From Desulfovibrionaceae bacterium (lineage in GTDB: Bacteria; Desulfobacterota; Desulfovibrionia; Desulfovibrionales; Desulfovibrionaceae), in contig JAVBNM010000003.1 in NCBI GenBank assembly GCA_031551565.1, positions 36,473-100,472 on the forward strand: a DNA stretch of 64,000 nucleotides, written 5' to 3'. This document shows positions 27,006-37,229 of the stretch, in pieces. Numbering within the stretch: position 1 is the first letter of the stretch; each line of letters opens with the position of its first letter. Below the pieces are notes generated by a model. It was not told the DNA's origin, searched no databases, and was given only the letters and a program-made list of their open reading frames with translations. Both the position numbers and the translations under genes were made by a program.

Positions 27006-27746
27006 ATGCTGAAATTTATAGATGTAGCTGTTGCTTACGAAGGTGGGACGGTCTTTTCTGGACTCACTCTTTCGTTCACCCCCGGGAGCATCTATATACT
27101 GACCGGCCCCAGCGGGTGCGGGAAATCCACCTTGCTCAAAGTCGCCGCGGGCATAGTCAGGCCTGCTTCCGGGCGCGTCGAGTTTTCACCCTGCGAGGGA
27201 TCAGAAAGGATTCGCCCGCCAAGGATTGGCTATGTGCCGCAGAACCACGGCCTTCTTGAACACAAGACTGTTGAAGGCAACATTTTTTTGCCGTTTAAGC
27301 TTGGCGCGGGCGCAAAGCAGTCCGGGAACGAACCGTCCCTGTCCTCCCTCGAGATCATAAACCGCCTGGGCCTGGCTGACCTTCTGGGAAAATATCCGGC
27401 GGAGTTGAGCGGGGGCCAGCGCCAGCGGGCCGCGCTTGCCAGGGCGTTTGTCATGAGCGCTGAGGTCATGCTGCTGGACGAGCCGTTTTCCGCCTTGGAC
27501 ACGTTTACCGCGGACGCCTGCCGTGATCTTTTTCTGGAGTTGTGGTCAGTGCTCAAGCCGCTCACCATCTTCGTCACCCACGACCTGCATGAAGCCGCCC
27601 TCCTGGGGCGGGAAATCCTGATCATGGAGGCCGGGCGCGTCACGAGGTTCCCCAATCCCGTTTTTGGCCCCAATGGCGGAGATGGTGAATCCCGCGCCGA
27701 GGCTGTCGTCTTGCAACTCAAAAAAATGATCCGGCCGCGGTTATGA
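27006..27746 (+). CDS. ABC transporter ATP-binding protein
   Basis: Walker A GPSGCGKS, signature LSGGQ, Walker B LLDEPF. Confidence 0.92.
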   Translation: MLKFIDVAVAYEGGTVFSGLTLSFTPGSIYILTGPSGCGKSTLLKVAAGIVRPASGRVEFSPCEGSERIRPPRIGYVPQNHGLLEHKTVEGNIFLPFKLGAGAKQSGNEPSLSSLEIINRLGLADLLGKYPAELSGGQRQRAALARAFVMSAEVMLLDEPFSALDTFTADACRDLFLELWSVLKPLTIFVTHDLHEAALLGREILIMEAGRVTRFPNPVFGPNGGDGESRAEAVVLQLKKMIRPRL

Positions 27747-28516
27747 AAAACTTTTTCGGTCGTCTCGTCACCTCCCGGATTTTATTCGCCGTTGCCGGGT
27801 TCGCTGTCTTCAACCTGATCTGGTCTGGCCTGGCGCTGGTCTGCAATTTAAAGTCGCTTCCCGGTCCCCTGACCGTTTACGCCGGGTTGCCCAAGGCCGT
27901 TCAAAACGATATTGTCATGCATCTTTGGTCGAGCCTTGGGCGTGTCCTTGTGGGGGTATCCGTCTCAATGGCCGTGGCGCTTCCGGCGGGCATTGCTCTT
28001 GGCCGGGGCGGCGGGTGCGCCCGCTTTTTCAATCTCCTGCTCTATTTTTCCTATCCAATCCCCAAATTGGCGCTATTGCCGGTTATCCTGGTGCTGGCCG
28101 GCATTGGGGATTTTTCGAAGATCCTCCTGATGATGCTGATCATCATGCCCCAGATGTGTTTCAGCGTCAGAGACGCGGCCCGGTCCATCCCGGAAGGCGA
28201 GTTTGACGTTTTGAAGTCCCTGAAGGCGTCTTTTTGCCAGCAGGTCGTCCATCTCGTTCTGCCGTCCGTGCTTCCGGCCGCATTTTCCGCGTTGCGCGTA
28301 AGCATCGGCATTGCCTTTTCCGCGCTTTTTTTTACCGAAACATTCGGGGCGTCATCCGGGCTGGGCTGTTATGTCGTGGACAGATGGATGCGCCTTGACT
28401 ATCCGCAGATGTATCTTGGGATTGTCATCCTGTCGCTTTGCGGGGTTGTCCTGTTCGTGGTGGCAGATGTTTTGCAGCGTCTTTCATGCCCGTGGCAGGT
28501 GCGGCGCAACGGCTGA
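27743..28516 (+). CDS. ABC transporter permease (NitT/TauT family)
   Basis: PIPKLALLP and EAA-loop-like region; ATGA overlap with the ATPase gene. Confidence 0.9.
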   Translation: MKNFFGRLVTSRILFAVAGFAVFNLIWSGLALVCNLKSLPGPLTVYAGLPKAVQNDIVMHLWSSLGRVLVGVSVSMAVALPAGIALGRGGGCARFFNLLLYFSYPIPKLALLPVILVLAGIGDFSKILLMMLIIMPQMCFSVRDAARSIPEGEFDVLKSLKASFCQQVVHLVLPSVLPAAFSALRVSIGIAFSALFFTETFGASSGLGCYVVDRWMRLDYPQMYLGIVILSLCGVVLFVVADVLQRLSCPWQVRRNG

Positions 28517-29001
28517 ACATCGCTCATACCCCAACTTGTTTGTTGGAATTTCGTTCTCCTTCATCCCCTGATGGAAATTTTGCGCGCTGTTTCGCGTTGC
28601 CTTTGAATTATTTTCAGCAATCGTCGTCGCCTGCTGCAACTCCCTATACTTTTAGCATGCATCGCTCAAGATGCGGTGAAATACCATGCGCTGGCGCGTG
28701 TATGGCGGCTGTCATGATATGTATTGCTCCGCATCGTCGCTCTGCGCCTTTGGCTGTTTATTTTTAGGTATATGCAAAAACTGCCGGTGAGTTGCATCGC
28801 AAAGCATGTTGTTGTGGAGATTGTCGCAGAATGTTTTGACAAACTGGCGATAATGTTTTTAAATCACTGCTCACTAATTTGGATATTTTTTTAAACCAAG
28901 TGGTTACCCGGTTATGGCTGTAAATCCAGGCAGTGCGGGCCTGCTTCGCCAGGATTGCTTCGTCGGGCGGCATTTTCTATTTTACTCCAGGAGATAACTC
29001 A

Positions 29002-31026
29002 ATGAAAATTTTGACGAAGCTGCTTTTGCTGGTGGCAGTCACAGTTGTGTGTTTCGTGATAGCGTTCTCCATTCTTGGGTATGTTGTCATTTCCGGCTAC
29101 AGCGATCGCACGGCCCAGCACCAGGTGAGTGTCGCCGCCAAGGGCATGAGAGCGGAAGTCGCGTCCAGGATGGTCACCCAGGGAGTGTTCAGTTCAGTGG
29201 TTGCCGCGGATATCCAGTTGGCCGAGGATACGGCCTATCAGCGCCTGTCCGAGCTGAAAAAATACGCCACCGCCTTGGTGGGGAGCGATGTCATCGACTT
29301 CGCCACCATCTGCGATATGGACGGCAAGGTTCTGGCCAGGGGCCAGAACGACATTATCGGCGACACTGTGCGCAAGGAGCAGCAAAGCTACGCCATCGCC
29401 CTGAGCCAGGGAAAGGCGGTTGTCGGCATGGAAGTGGGCAGGGACAACGAGCTGCGCATGGTTTCGGCGACCCCGCTTTTCCACTACGGCAAGCAGGTGG
29501 GCGTGATCATGGTCGGCTCCAATATAAGTTCCGGCGCATTGGTCAAGTCCATCAAGGAACGCTCGGATGTGGAATGCACCATCTTCCTCGGGGATATGCG
29601 GATTTCAACAACGGTCGAGCGTGACGGCAAGCCTGTCACCGGCACAAACCTGAACAACCCGGAGATCTATGACGAGGTCATCTCCAGGGGACAGCAGGTG
29701 TTTTCCCGCAACATGATTGCCGGGCAGGAATTTGATACCAGCTACTGGCCCTATGACACCATAGACACGAAAAACGCCGGCATGTTCTTTGTCGGCCTGT
29801 CCAGGGCCACCATTGAAGCTGAACAGTCCAGGCTTCTCTGGACATTCGTCATTACCGGCCTGGTTCTGGGCGCCATAGTTCTTGTGATCGGAGGGCTTGT
29901 CGCCAGGGCCATAGCCTCTCCGCTGCGCCAGGCCACTGTTTTCGCCACTGACGTGGCCGCCGGAAGGTTTGACAGCGAGATTCGGAACACGTCCAAGGAT
30001 GAAGTCGGGATAATGGTCCGAGCCCTTCTTGAAATGGTTGAGAATCTCAAGTCCAAGATATCCGAGGCCGAGCAAAAGTCGGTCGAGGCCGCAGTGCAGG
30101 CCGACAATGCCGCCAAGGCCATGAGCGAGGCCCAGGTGGCCCAGTCCAGGGCCGAGGAAGGGCAAAAAGCGCTGCTCGTTGCCGCCGGAAATGTGGAAGA
30201 GGTTGTAATTCGCCTGACCTCTTCGACCGAGCAGCTCTCCGGGCAGGTGAACCAGTCGAGCCAAAGCGCCGAAAGACAGCGGGATCAGGTTTCAAGCTCG
30301 GCCACGGCCATGGAGGAGATGAACGCCACGGTCCTTGAGGTTGCCAGAAACGCCGCCGTCGCATCCGAAGCCTCCGAGCGGGCCAGGATAAAGGCGGCCG
30401 AGGGAGCGGAAATTGTGGAACACTCGGTCAGGGCCATCAACAAGGTCCAGGACGACACCAAGGCTCTTCAGGATAATATGGAAGAGCTTGGCCGTCAGGC
30501 CGAGTCCATCGGCGCGATCATGACCGTGATCCGCGACATTGCCGATCAGACCAACCTGCTGGCGCTGAACGCGGCCATCGAGGCTGCCAGGGCCGGTGAA
30601 GCCGGGCGAGGTTTTGCGGTCGTGGCCGACGAGGTGCGCAAGCTGGCCGAAAAGACGATGAGCGCCACCCATGAGGTTGGCAACGCAATCAAGGGCATCC
30701 AGAATGGAACCCAAACCAACATCCTGGCCGTCCAGAATACCACCGGCAACCTTAGATCGGCCACGGCAATGGTTAACCGCTCGGGTGATACTTTGGCGGA
30801 AATAGTCAACGAGGCGGTTTACACGGCCGACCAGGTGCGCAGCATCGCGGCCGCATCTGAGGAGCAGTCCGCCGCGAGCGAGGAAATATCGCGGACTCTT
30901 GATGACATCAACCAGATCGCGATTGAAAATGCCGGGGCTATGCAGGAGTCTGCTGCCGCTGTCGCCGAACTTGCCAACCAGGCCAGGCAATTGCAGGAGC
31001 TTGTGAACAACCTGAGGAAACCCTGA
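29002..31026 (+). CDS. Methyl-accepting chemotaxis protein (Cache sensor, HAMP)
   Basis: Two TMs, HAMP, and signalling domain [38 protein letters not shown]. Confidence 0.95.
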   Translation: MKILTKLLLLVAVTVVCFVIAFSILGYVVISGYSDRTAQHQVSVAAKGMRAEVASRMVTQGVFSSVVAADIQLAEDTAYQRLSELKKYATALVGSDVIDFATICDMDGKVLARGQNDIIGDTVRKEQQSYAIALSQGKAVVGMEVGRDNELRMVSATPLFHYGKQVGVIMVGSNISSGALVKSIKERSDVECTIFLGDMRISTTVERDGKPVTGTNLNNPEIYDEVISRGQQVFSRNMIAGQEFDTSYWPYDTIDTKNAGMFFVGLSRATIEAEQSRLLWTFVITGLVLGAIVLVIGGLVARAIASPLRQATVFATDVAAGRFDSEIRNTSKDEVGIMVRALLEMVENLKSKISEAEQKSVEAAVQADNAAKAMSEAQVAQSRAEEGQKALLVAAGNVEEVVIRLTSSTEQLSGQVNQSSQSAERQRDQVSSSATAMEEMNATVLEVARNAAVASEASERARIKAAEGAEIVEHSVRAINKVQDDTKALQDNMEELGRQAESIGAIMTVIRDIADQTNLLALNAAIEAARAGEAGRGFAVVADEVRKLAEKTMSATHEVGNAIKGIQNGTQTNILAVQNTTGNLRSATAMVNRSGDTLAEIVNEAVYTADQVRSIAAASEEQSAASEEISRTLDDINQIAIENAGAMQESAAAVAELANQARQLQELVNNLRKP

Positions 31027-31102
31027 CAGTTCACTGAATAATTGCCGCGAGGGGAAAAACGCGGGGAATGGCCTTTGTTCCCCCTCCCCCCGCGGATGAA
31101 AA

Positions 31103-31140
31103 ATGAAAAGGCCGCCGGGAACTCCCGGCGGCCTTTTCAT
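31103..31140. terminator. Bidirectional intrinsic terminator
   Basis: ATGAAAAGGCCGCCGGGA-ac-TCCCGGCGGCCTTTTCAT between convergent genes. Confidence 0.85.
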
Positions 31141-31156
31141 ATCAAGATCTCGCCGC

Positions 31157-31378
31157 TTAGGCGTATGTGTCGATCTTCGTTCCTACGCCTTTTTCGGCGT
31201 ATGCGGCTGAAAGCACGTCTTTTTGGAACTGGTAGTCGGTATTGACGACAGGCGTGAGTCCTCTCATGCCTGTATTCAAGCGATCGATCGTCGAGCTGAT
31301 GAGAGAGCCGGCCAGTTGTTGCTGCTGGTCCAAAGCTGACTTCATGACACTGACGCCGGCAGTTGTGCGTATTTCCAT
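31157..31378 (-). CDS. 73-aa small protein, YjfB-like putative motility protein
   Basis: GGAGG SD; VSVMKSALDQQQQLAGSLI and C-terminal GVGTKIDTYA; sigma-28 site upstream. Confidence 0.7.
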   Translation of the reverse strand: MEIRTTAGVSVMKSALDQQQQLAGSLISSTIDRLNTGMRGLTPVVNTDYQFQKDVLSAAYAEKGVGTKIDTYA

Positions 31379-31458
31379 GTGTCCTCCCGTATTGATTTTT
31401 TTCGTAAATTTAAAAATTGCGTGTCGGATGTTCGGGATCTGCCTGTCCCTCGGCTGGC

Positions 31459-31485
31459 TTATCGGGAGAACTGAAAAAAACTTTA
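31459..31485 (-). promoter_or_regulatory. Sigma-28 promoter for the small protein
   Basis: Minus strand TAAA-N15-CCCGATAA. Confidence 0.75.
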
Positions 31486-31649
31486 GCCTGTTTTTAAATT
31501 TCCTCGAAACCAACGCAGCAAGCGCGCTTCGCCTTTGCCGCGTGGCCTGAATATGGATTGATTGGCAGGCCTCACCCTGACCGCTCCGTTTCGCATCTCT
31601 GGACAGCCGGACTTTGACAACGTAAGGTGAGCCGAAAGGAGGCACGCTT

Positions 31650-32510
31650 ATGAGCGCGACAACCAGCGGTGGCGGCAAAAAACAACTGACCGCCATGGAT
31701 GTGACTGACTGCAAAAATAAGCGCAAGGTAAGCGTACTGACCGCTTATGACTATCCGACGGCCAGAATTCTTGATGATGCCGGGGTGGACGTTATTCTGG
31801 TGGGCGACTCTCTCGGCATGGTTGTGCTTGGATTGAACGATACCCTCGGCGTCACCCTGGATGACATGTGCCGCCACGGACAGGCAGTGGTCAAAGGCGT
31901 CAAACGTGCCCTGGTGGTCGTCGACATGCCATTTATGACCTACGAGCAGGGCGTCAAGGAAGCCCTGGAAAACGCTTGCAAGCTGGTGCGCTTTACCGGG
32001 GCGAGAGCCGTGAAACTGGAAGGCGGACGCTCCGTCATTCCCCAGGTCAGGGGTCTGGTCGATTCCGGTATTGCCGTCATGGGCCATATCGGCCTGACTC
32101 CCCAGAGGGCGGCCGTTCTCGGAGGGTTCAAAGTCCAGGGCAAAACCGCCCAGGCCGCCAAAAAACTTTTGGAAGACGCCAAAGCCTTGCAGGAAGCCGG
32201 CTGCTTCGCCATTGTCCTTGAAGCTGTTCCCGCTCCGGTGGCTCAATACATAACCGAGAAAATCGACATTCCCACCATCGGGATTGGAGCCGGCCCCGGC
32301 TGCGACGGCCAGGTTCTCGTCCTGCACGACATGTGCGGCCTGAACCTGGGGCATGTGCCGCGCTTCGCCAAGAAATACTCCCAACTCGGGCAACAAATGC
32401 TCGAAACTGTCAAAGCCTACACGGCCGAAGTGGCTGAAGGCTCTTTCCCAGCCCAGGAACACAGCTTCGCCATGCCCGAGGACCAACTGGCCGAGTTGTT
32501 GCGGGATTAG
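31650..32510 (+). CDS. panB: 3-methyl-2-oxobutanoate hydroxymethyltransferase
   Basis: LTAYDY, ILVGDSLGMV, AVKLEGG, GHIGLTPQ and IGIGAG...DGQVLV motifs. Confidence 0.97.
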   Translation: MSATTSGGGKKQLTAMDVTDCKNKRKVSVLTAYDYPTARILDDAGVDVILVGDSLGMVVLGLNDTLGVTLDDMCRHGQAVVKGVKRALVVVDMPFMTYEQGVKEALENACKLVRFTGARAVKLEGGRSVIPQVRGLVDSGIAVMGHIGLTPQRAAVLGGFKVQGKTAQAAKKLLEDAKALQEAGCFAIVLEAVPAPVAQYITEKIDIPTIGIGAGPGCDGQVLVLHDMCGLNLGHVPRFAKKYSQLGQQMLETVKAYTAEVAEGSFPAQEHSFAMPEDQLAELLRD

Positions 32511-32525
32511 AAAAGGGGTGGACAG

Positions 32526-32580
32526 CTTGTGGAGGAAAGCACAACGTCGGCTGTCGATGTGCTTTCCTCCACAAGTTTTT
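32526..32580. terminator. Terminator between panB and the esterase gene
   Basis: 18-bp perfect stem CTTGTGGAGGAAAGCACA / TGTGCTTTCCTCCACAAG plus T5. Confidence 0.8.
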
Positions 32581-32593
32581 CAGTTCGCCCGGT

Positions 32594-33553
32594 TTAAAGG
32601 CTTTGGATGACCCGGCAGCGCGAGGCCCAGGCTCTTTCGATCACGTCGGCTTTTATTTTCAGAATGTCGAAGCCGTGGGGGCAGCCGGGAAGGACCTGGA
32701 GTTCAACGTTCGCTCCGGCCTGGGCCAGGCGTTTGGCGTAATCGATGCCTTCGTCTCTGAATATGTCCAGAGCGGCCGCTTCGATGTAGGCGTTGGGAAG
32801 GTTGGCCAGGTCGTCTGCCCTGGCCGGGGCGGCGTAGGGTGATACGCCGTCCGTGCCCAGGCGTTCTCCCAAAAGGGAAATCCAGCCGGTGAAGTTGTTG
32901 TCGCAGTCCCAGAGCAGGAATGGTTTGAGCAGGGGGTCGGGTTGAAGGGTGCGGTCGTCCAGCATGGGATAGATCAGGATCTGAAGGGCTATTTTCGGGC
33001 CTTGACGGTCTCTGGCCAGCAGCGATACGCCGGCGGCCAGGCCTCCTCCCGCGCTGTCGCCCATCACGCCTATGCGGGAAGGGGAAACGCCGAGATCCCG
33101 GGCGTTGGCGTGAAGCCAGAGCAGGGCCGCATAGCAGTCTTCAACCGGGATGGGGTCCTGGTGTTCGGGAGCCAGGCGGTAATCCACGCTCAGCACGGGG
33201 ACGCCGGCGCGTTGAACGTATTTTGAGATGATCCCCGCGTACAGAGCCGTGTCGCCGCTGATCATGCCGCCGCCGTGGTAGTAGACGAGCGCCGGTCCTG
33301 GCTGGGCGGTCTTCGCATTTTTTGGGCAGAACCAGAAAAGTTCTATTTCCCGTGCATCAAAACCCTGCGTTTTGTGGCTGGTGATGCCCACATCTGGCGC
33401 GACAGGGTCGCTGTAAGCCATCATGTGCCGGGAGGCAGCCAGATTTTCGCGCAGGGTCTTGGCGTCACCGCGTTTTAAGGGGGGCAGGGCCGAGAATGCT
33501 TTGAAAAGCTCTCTCAGCCCGGCGTTTATTTGCGGATCCAGCATAAAGGGCAT
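32594..33553 (-). CDS. Alpha/beta hydrolase (hormone-sensitive-lipase-family esterase)
   Basis: HGGG, DYRLAPEH, nucleophile GDSAGG, and HGF near the C-terminus. Confidence 0.92.
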   Translation of the reverse strand: MPFMLDPQINAGLRELFKAFSALPPLKRGDAKTLRENLAASRHMMAYSDPVAPDVGITSHKTQGFDAREIELFWFCPKNAKTAQPGPALVYYHGGGMISGDTALYAGIISKYVQRAGVPVLSVDYRLAPEHQDPIPVEDCYAALLWLHANARDLGVSPSRIGVMGDSAGGGLAAGVSLLARDRQGPKIALQILIYPMLDDRTLQPDPLLKPFLLWDCDNNFTGWISLLGERLGTDGVSPYAAPARADDLANLPNAYIEAAALDIFRDEGIDYAKRLAQAGANVELQVLPGCPHGFDILKIKADVIERAWASRCRVIQSL

Positions 33554-33572
33554 AGAAATCCCGTCTGTCGGC

Positions 33573-34121
33573 TCAGGAACCGCTTTTTTTCAGGCTTTCG
33601 GCTGAGCTCAGGATTTGCGCCTTGAAAGAGTCCGGGGCATTTTCAGGGTATGTTATTTCCAGCGAATAGAAGGTCGCGCCAGTGGCCACGGTCTTCTGGA
33701 AAGTGTACTTGCCGTCGGCGAGCGAGACGACGGTGAAGGAATCACCGGAAAGGTTGGATTCTTTGACGGCGTCGCCAAGGTAGCTCACTGTCGAGTCGAA
33801 CGAGGCTTTCAGGCCGTTGATTTCCTCATCCACAATGTTGCCGCCTGATGCGGTGAATCTGTATTCCCCGGAGGCGTCCGTCAAAATGATTCCGTCGCTG
33901 TTATCGGGGATGACGGCGGCTGTGTCGAACATTTCCGGTACAAGTACGGAAAAACCGAACCGGGCGTTCAGGTAAAGATAAAACCCGGGTGTGTCTGTGC
34001 CAAAGAGGGTGGCGGTGTTGCCCTCCCAGGCAAGTTCACGGTCCGCGGGCTTGGCTGCGGCGCTGTTGCTGAAGCCGAAGATGAACAGGACGAGCAATAA
34101 AGTCGCTAAATGCTTTTTCAT
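33573..34121 (-). CDS. Exported hypothetical protein
   Basis: Signal peptide ending SAAA; YLNARFGFSVLVP motif. Confidence 0.65.
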   Translation of the reverse strand: MKKHLATLLLVLFIFGFSNSAAAKPADRELAWEGNTATLFGTDTPGFYLYLNARFGFSVLVPEMFDTAAVIPDNSDGIILTDASGEYRFTASGGNIVDEEINGLKASFDSTVSYLGDAVKESNLSGDSFTVVSLADGKYTFQKTVATGATFYSLEITYPENAPDSFKAQILSSAESLKKSGS

Positions 34122-34263
34122 CGTTCTCCCCTCAAGGTTTAAAGCGATTGTTGCTTCCAGGCCGCGTCATGCGGCCTGGAAAATGTTTTTGACGCCAACA
34201 GCAAAACAAGAAATTGCGTTATGCCAAGGGAGGCTGGATGTCCGTTGGCAGTCGGGTTTGTGT

Positions 34264-34752
34264 TCACGCCTGGCAGCGCAGGGTTTTGGCCCCTTCCTCG
34301 AACAGGATTTCCATCTTGTCCGGTTTTGTCACGGAAATGACCACGCCCCGGCCAAAGACCGGATGCTCGACCAGATCGTCAGGCGCGAAGGTATCACGCA
34401 TCGAGTATGTTTTGGGCGTTTCTCCGCCCAGACGCAGCATGGACTCATGCCAGGCGGCCGCGCTTTTCGAGCGCGCCTTGGCCTGGGCAACGGGCTGTCT
34501 GGCCGGGCGCGCGTCGCGCTGCACTTTTTCGACGGCTTCCTCCCGGCTCTGTCCGGCTTTGACGTGGCGGACGACCGAAGCTTCCTTGCGAGTTTTTGGC
34601 TTTGGCGCCGCATCGCGGTATTTGTGGACGCTGCCGCACGCCTTGCATTCAACGCGCAGGATCTGCCCGTCAAGCACGATCATGACGACGTGGCCGGTAA
34701 TATCGTTGCAGCGTCCGCATTTTGTTGTAATCAAATCTCCTGGGCGCACCAT
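34264..34752 (-). CDS. Hypothetical protein: Zn-ribbon plus Tudor-like C-terminal domain
   Basis: CGRC...CKAC and DLVEHPVFGRGVV. Alternative start at 34779. Confidence 0.7.
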   Translation of the reverse strand: MVRPGDLITTKCGRCNDITGHVVMIVLDGQILRVECKACGSVHKYRDAAPKPKTRKEASVVRHVKAGQSREEAVEKVQRDARPARQPVAQAKARSKSAAAWHESMLRLGGETPKTYSMRDTFAPDDLVEHPVFGRGVVISVTKPDKMEILFEEGAKTLRCQA

Positions 34753-34806
34753 GCCTTTTTCTCCGTAAACCTGTTCCAAAGCGGGAAAACCGGTTGAGGT
34801 TGATGA

Positions 34807-35406
34807 TTATGAATGTAACATGTCCGTGGGAAGTTTCCCTTTGATTGCGACCGGTATGCCGCAGACCATCAGCACCACGATATCGGCCCTGGCCGCCGCT
34901 TTCTGGTTGGCCGCCCCGGCCAGATCCCGAAAGGTTCGGGCGAGGGACGACTCAGGCACCAGACCGGAGCCCAATTCGTTGGTTACCATGACTACCGGGC
35001 AAGGCAGGCGCGAGAGCGAATCCAGAAGGCCGTCAAGGGCTGTCAGGATTGACGCTTCGTCCAGGCCGGACTCCATCATGCCGGAGCACCACAGCGTCAG
35101 ACAGTCGAACAAAAGCCCCCTGCCATTCACGTCAAGGCCGCCCACCCGGCCGGCCAGGCTTGGCAGATTTTTTATTCCCGGCTCCAGCGCGAACCAGTTC
35201 TTTCCCCTTTCCTGCCGGTGCTTGTCAATGCGTTTTTGCATTTCCCGGTCAAAAGCTTCGGCGGTCGCCAGGTACAGGCCGCCCGGCCGTAAGAACTCGA
35301 CGAGCTTTTGGGCGTAACGCGACTTGCCTGAGCGGCATCCTCCGGTAACCAGGATGAATGGCTGCCCGCGCATGGCGTCAATTTGGCCTTCGGCGGTTTT
35401 GGTCAT
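34807..35406 (-). CDS. cobU: Adenosylcobinamide kinase / cobinamide-phosphate guanylyltransferase
   Basis: LVTGGCRSGKS, YLATA, RIDKHRQER, DCLTLW and VTNELGSGLVP...FRDLAG motifs. Confidence 0.92.
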   Translation of the reverse strand: MTKTAEGQIDAMRGQPFILVTGGCRSGKSRYAQKLVEFLRPGGLYLATAEAFDREMQKRIDKHRQERGKNWFALEPGIKNLPSLAGRVGGLDVNGRGLLFDCLTLWCSGMMESGLDEASILTALDGLLDSLSRLPCPVVMVTNELGSGLVPESSLARTFRDLAGAANQKAAARADIVVLMVCGIPVAIKGKLPTDMLHS

Positions 35407-37019
35407 TGGCCGGCCGCGTCCGTTTCACGGCGCATTCGTTCAAACTGGACGGAAATGTCGCCCAGGATGCCGGAAAGCGTGAAAAGCGCCGGGCGCATGG
35501 ACGCGGGCCTGCGGTTGAGCCAGCAGGCTATGAATACAAGGCTGTCCTGGTCGAGCTGCCGCGTGTCCGATTTGCGCCTGATGGCGGCCGCAAGGGCGGT
35601 CCTTGCCCTCTCGCGCTTGACTATTGCCGCTTGATAGGCGTTGGCGCCGATTTTACCGCCGGTTTTCGCAACGCCGTCCCCGTCGCCGAGCCCAAGGTAG
35701 CGCGCCCTGGCGGTGTGAGCCTCCTCTTCCGCGTTCAGGCAGGCGGTTGTTTTGTCCCCGATTTCGGCATTGGACAGGCAGCCGTTGATGATTGAGGCCA
35801 GAGAAGCGGCGCTGCGGCTGTAGTAGGCGAACATGCGGCTTTTTTCTGCGGCCGAGAGAGCGGTTTTCACGCCCTGGCCCGGCCTTTGCCGCAGTTGGCG
35901 GTCGGCGTGCGCGCTCAGGGATTTGAAAAACTCCGGCCCGCAGGAGCGGTACAGGGCTTTTAGCATGGAAGGGGTGAGTACATATCTTAATATGCGCTCC
36001 CGGTTTTGCGGGGTGCTGTCGGATATGGCGAAGCCGGTCAGGCGCAGACCGTAATAGGCGTTGAGCCACCGGACGTCCGCGCTGCTGAAATCGCCGCGCG
36101 CGGCCTGGGGATGCGTGCCTTTGGGCCAGAAACCGTCGGCCAGGGCCTTGGCGAAGCTGTCGAAAAACAACGGCAGGACCATGCTGTCACTGTTTTGCGG
36201 GCTGACGTTGACGTTTGCAGGCACTTGCGGGGTTTTTCCCCTGATGGTGTTGTCAGCCGGGGAGACCGGCTTGCCCTGGCCGAAACGCAACTCGGTTTCA
36301 ACCCGGTTTTCATTGCCGGGGGTCGACGGGCCGGATGCGTTTTCCCGATTGGCCGCCTGTGGTTTTTTTCCGTCCGGTGATGTTCCCGGCGATGTTTCCG
36401 GCAGCGCTTCTGGCGGCGTTCCTTTTGTGTCGCCGTCGCGCGGTTTGCCTTCAGCCGTGGCGCCGTTCGACGTCCGCCCGTCGTCCGACGCGGGCAGCAG
36501 GGATTCTTCCTTTGGAATGGTCAGGGCGGTTTCGCTCCCGTCGGGTGATTCCTCGGGCAATCCCGGCAAAATGTCCGTTTCCCCGGGCTTGGGGATGCGG
36601 TCTTCAGTGGCGCTTTTACTTTCAGAGCCGGACGGTGGAACGGCCGGGCCGGGTTGCGCGTTTTCCCCTGGTTTCGCGCCTTGCGCGGCGCTGTTTTTGA
36701 GTTCCTCGGCATTAAAAATGGGGCCGCCGCTTCCGGGATGCGGGCTGGGCGGCGTCTCATCTCGCCGCCCGGCTTCTCCCTGGCTGTGCCGCTCGTCGGG
36801 CAGCGGGAAATTTTCCGGGGTAAGGGCGATGGGCTTCCCGGGTTCGCCATCCGGCGGAGTCTGTCCGTTCTTTGTCTGGCGCGCGCCCCACAGCCCCGTG
36901 GCCAGGCGTTTGGGGACCATGCCCTTGTAGTCAAGGGCGAACCAGGCCGCGGCCAGCAGCACGATGATGCAAAAGACGAAGCGTCCGGTATGGAACTTTC
37001 TTTTTTCAGGTGTGGTCAT
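35403..37019 (-). CDS. Membrane-anchored hypothetical protein with a long Pro/Glu/Gly-rich linker
   Basis: N-terminal TM, ~240 aa low-complexity region, globular C-terminal domain; translationally coupled to cobU. Confidence 0.7.
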   Translation of the reverse strand: MTTPEKRKFHTGRFVFCIIVLLAAAWFALDYKGMVPKRLATGLWGARQTKNGQTPPDGEPGKPIALTPENFPLPDERHSQGEAGRRDETPPSPHPGSGGPIFNAEELKNSAAQGAKPGENAQPGPAVPPSGSESKSATEDRIPKPGETDILPGLPEESPDGSETALTIPKEESLLPASDDGRTSNGATAEGKPRDGDTKGTPPEALPETSPGTSPDGKKPQAANRENASGPSTPGNENRVETELRFGQGKPVSPADNTIRGKTPQVPANVNVSPQNSDSMVLPLFFDSFAKALADGFWPKGTHPQAARGDFSSADVRWLNAYYGLRLTGFAISDSTPQNRERILRYVLTPSMLKALYRSCGPEFFKSLSAHADRQLRQRPGQGVKTALSAAEKSRMFAYYSRSAASLASIINGCLSNAEIGDKTTACLNAEEEAHTARARYLGLGDGDGVAKTGGKIGANAYQAAIVKRERARTALAAAIRRKSDTRQLDQDSLVFIACWLNRRPASMRPALFTLSGILGDISVQFERMRRETDAAGQ

Positions 37020-37083
37020 TTGCTACAGGCCTCTTTTAGGGATGGAGACTGATTGCCTTGTCATGTCGCCGTTGTACGTCAGT

Positions 37084-37127
37084 CACTATACACCCGCCAC
37101 TATACACCCGCTTGACGCGGCCCGCAA
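37084..37127 (-). promoter_or_regulatory. Sigma-70-like promoter with a tandemly duplicated -10 box
   Basis: Minus strand TTGCGG-N17-TATAGT; CACTATACACCCGC occurs twice in tandem (37084-37111). Confidence 0.55.
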
Positions 37128-37229
37128 TCGGGGGAGCATTATTTCCGTTCAGCGCGGTCCGTAATCGGGCGGGGAGTGGCTTTCGGAGTCTGCGCCCGCC
37201 GTCAATCATTTCCGCCCGCAGCCGCCTGT

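Noticed and set aside
28692-28706. TGGCGCGTGTATGGC as a sigma-54 promoter for the MCP
   Set aside because: The -12 half is TGGC rather than TTGC, and it lies ~300 bp from the start codon; too weak to call.
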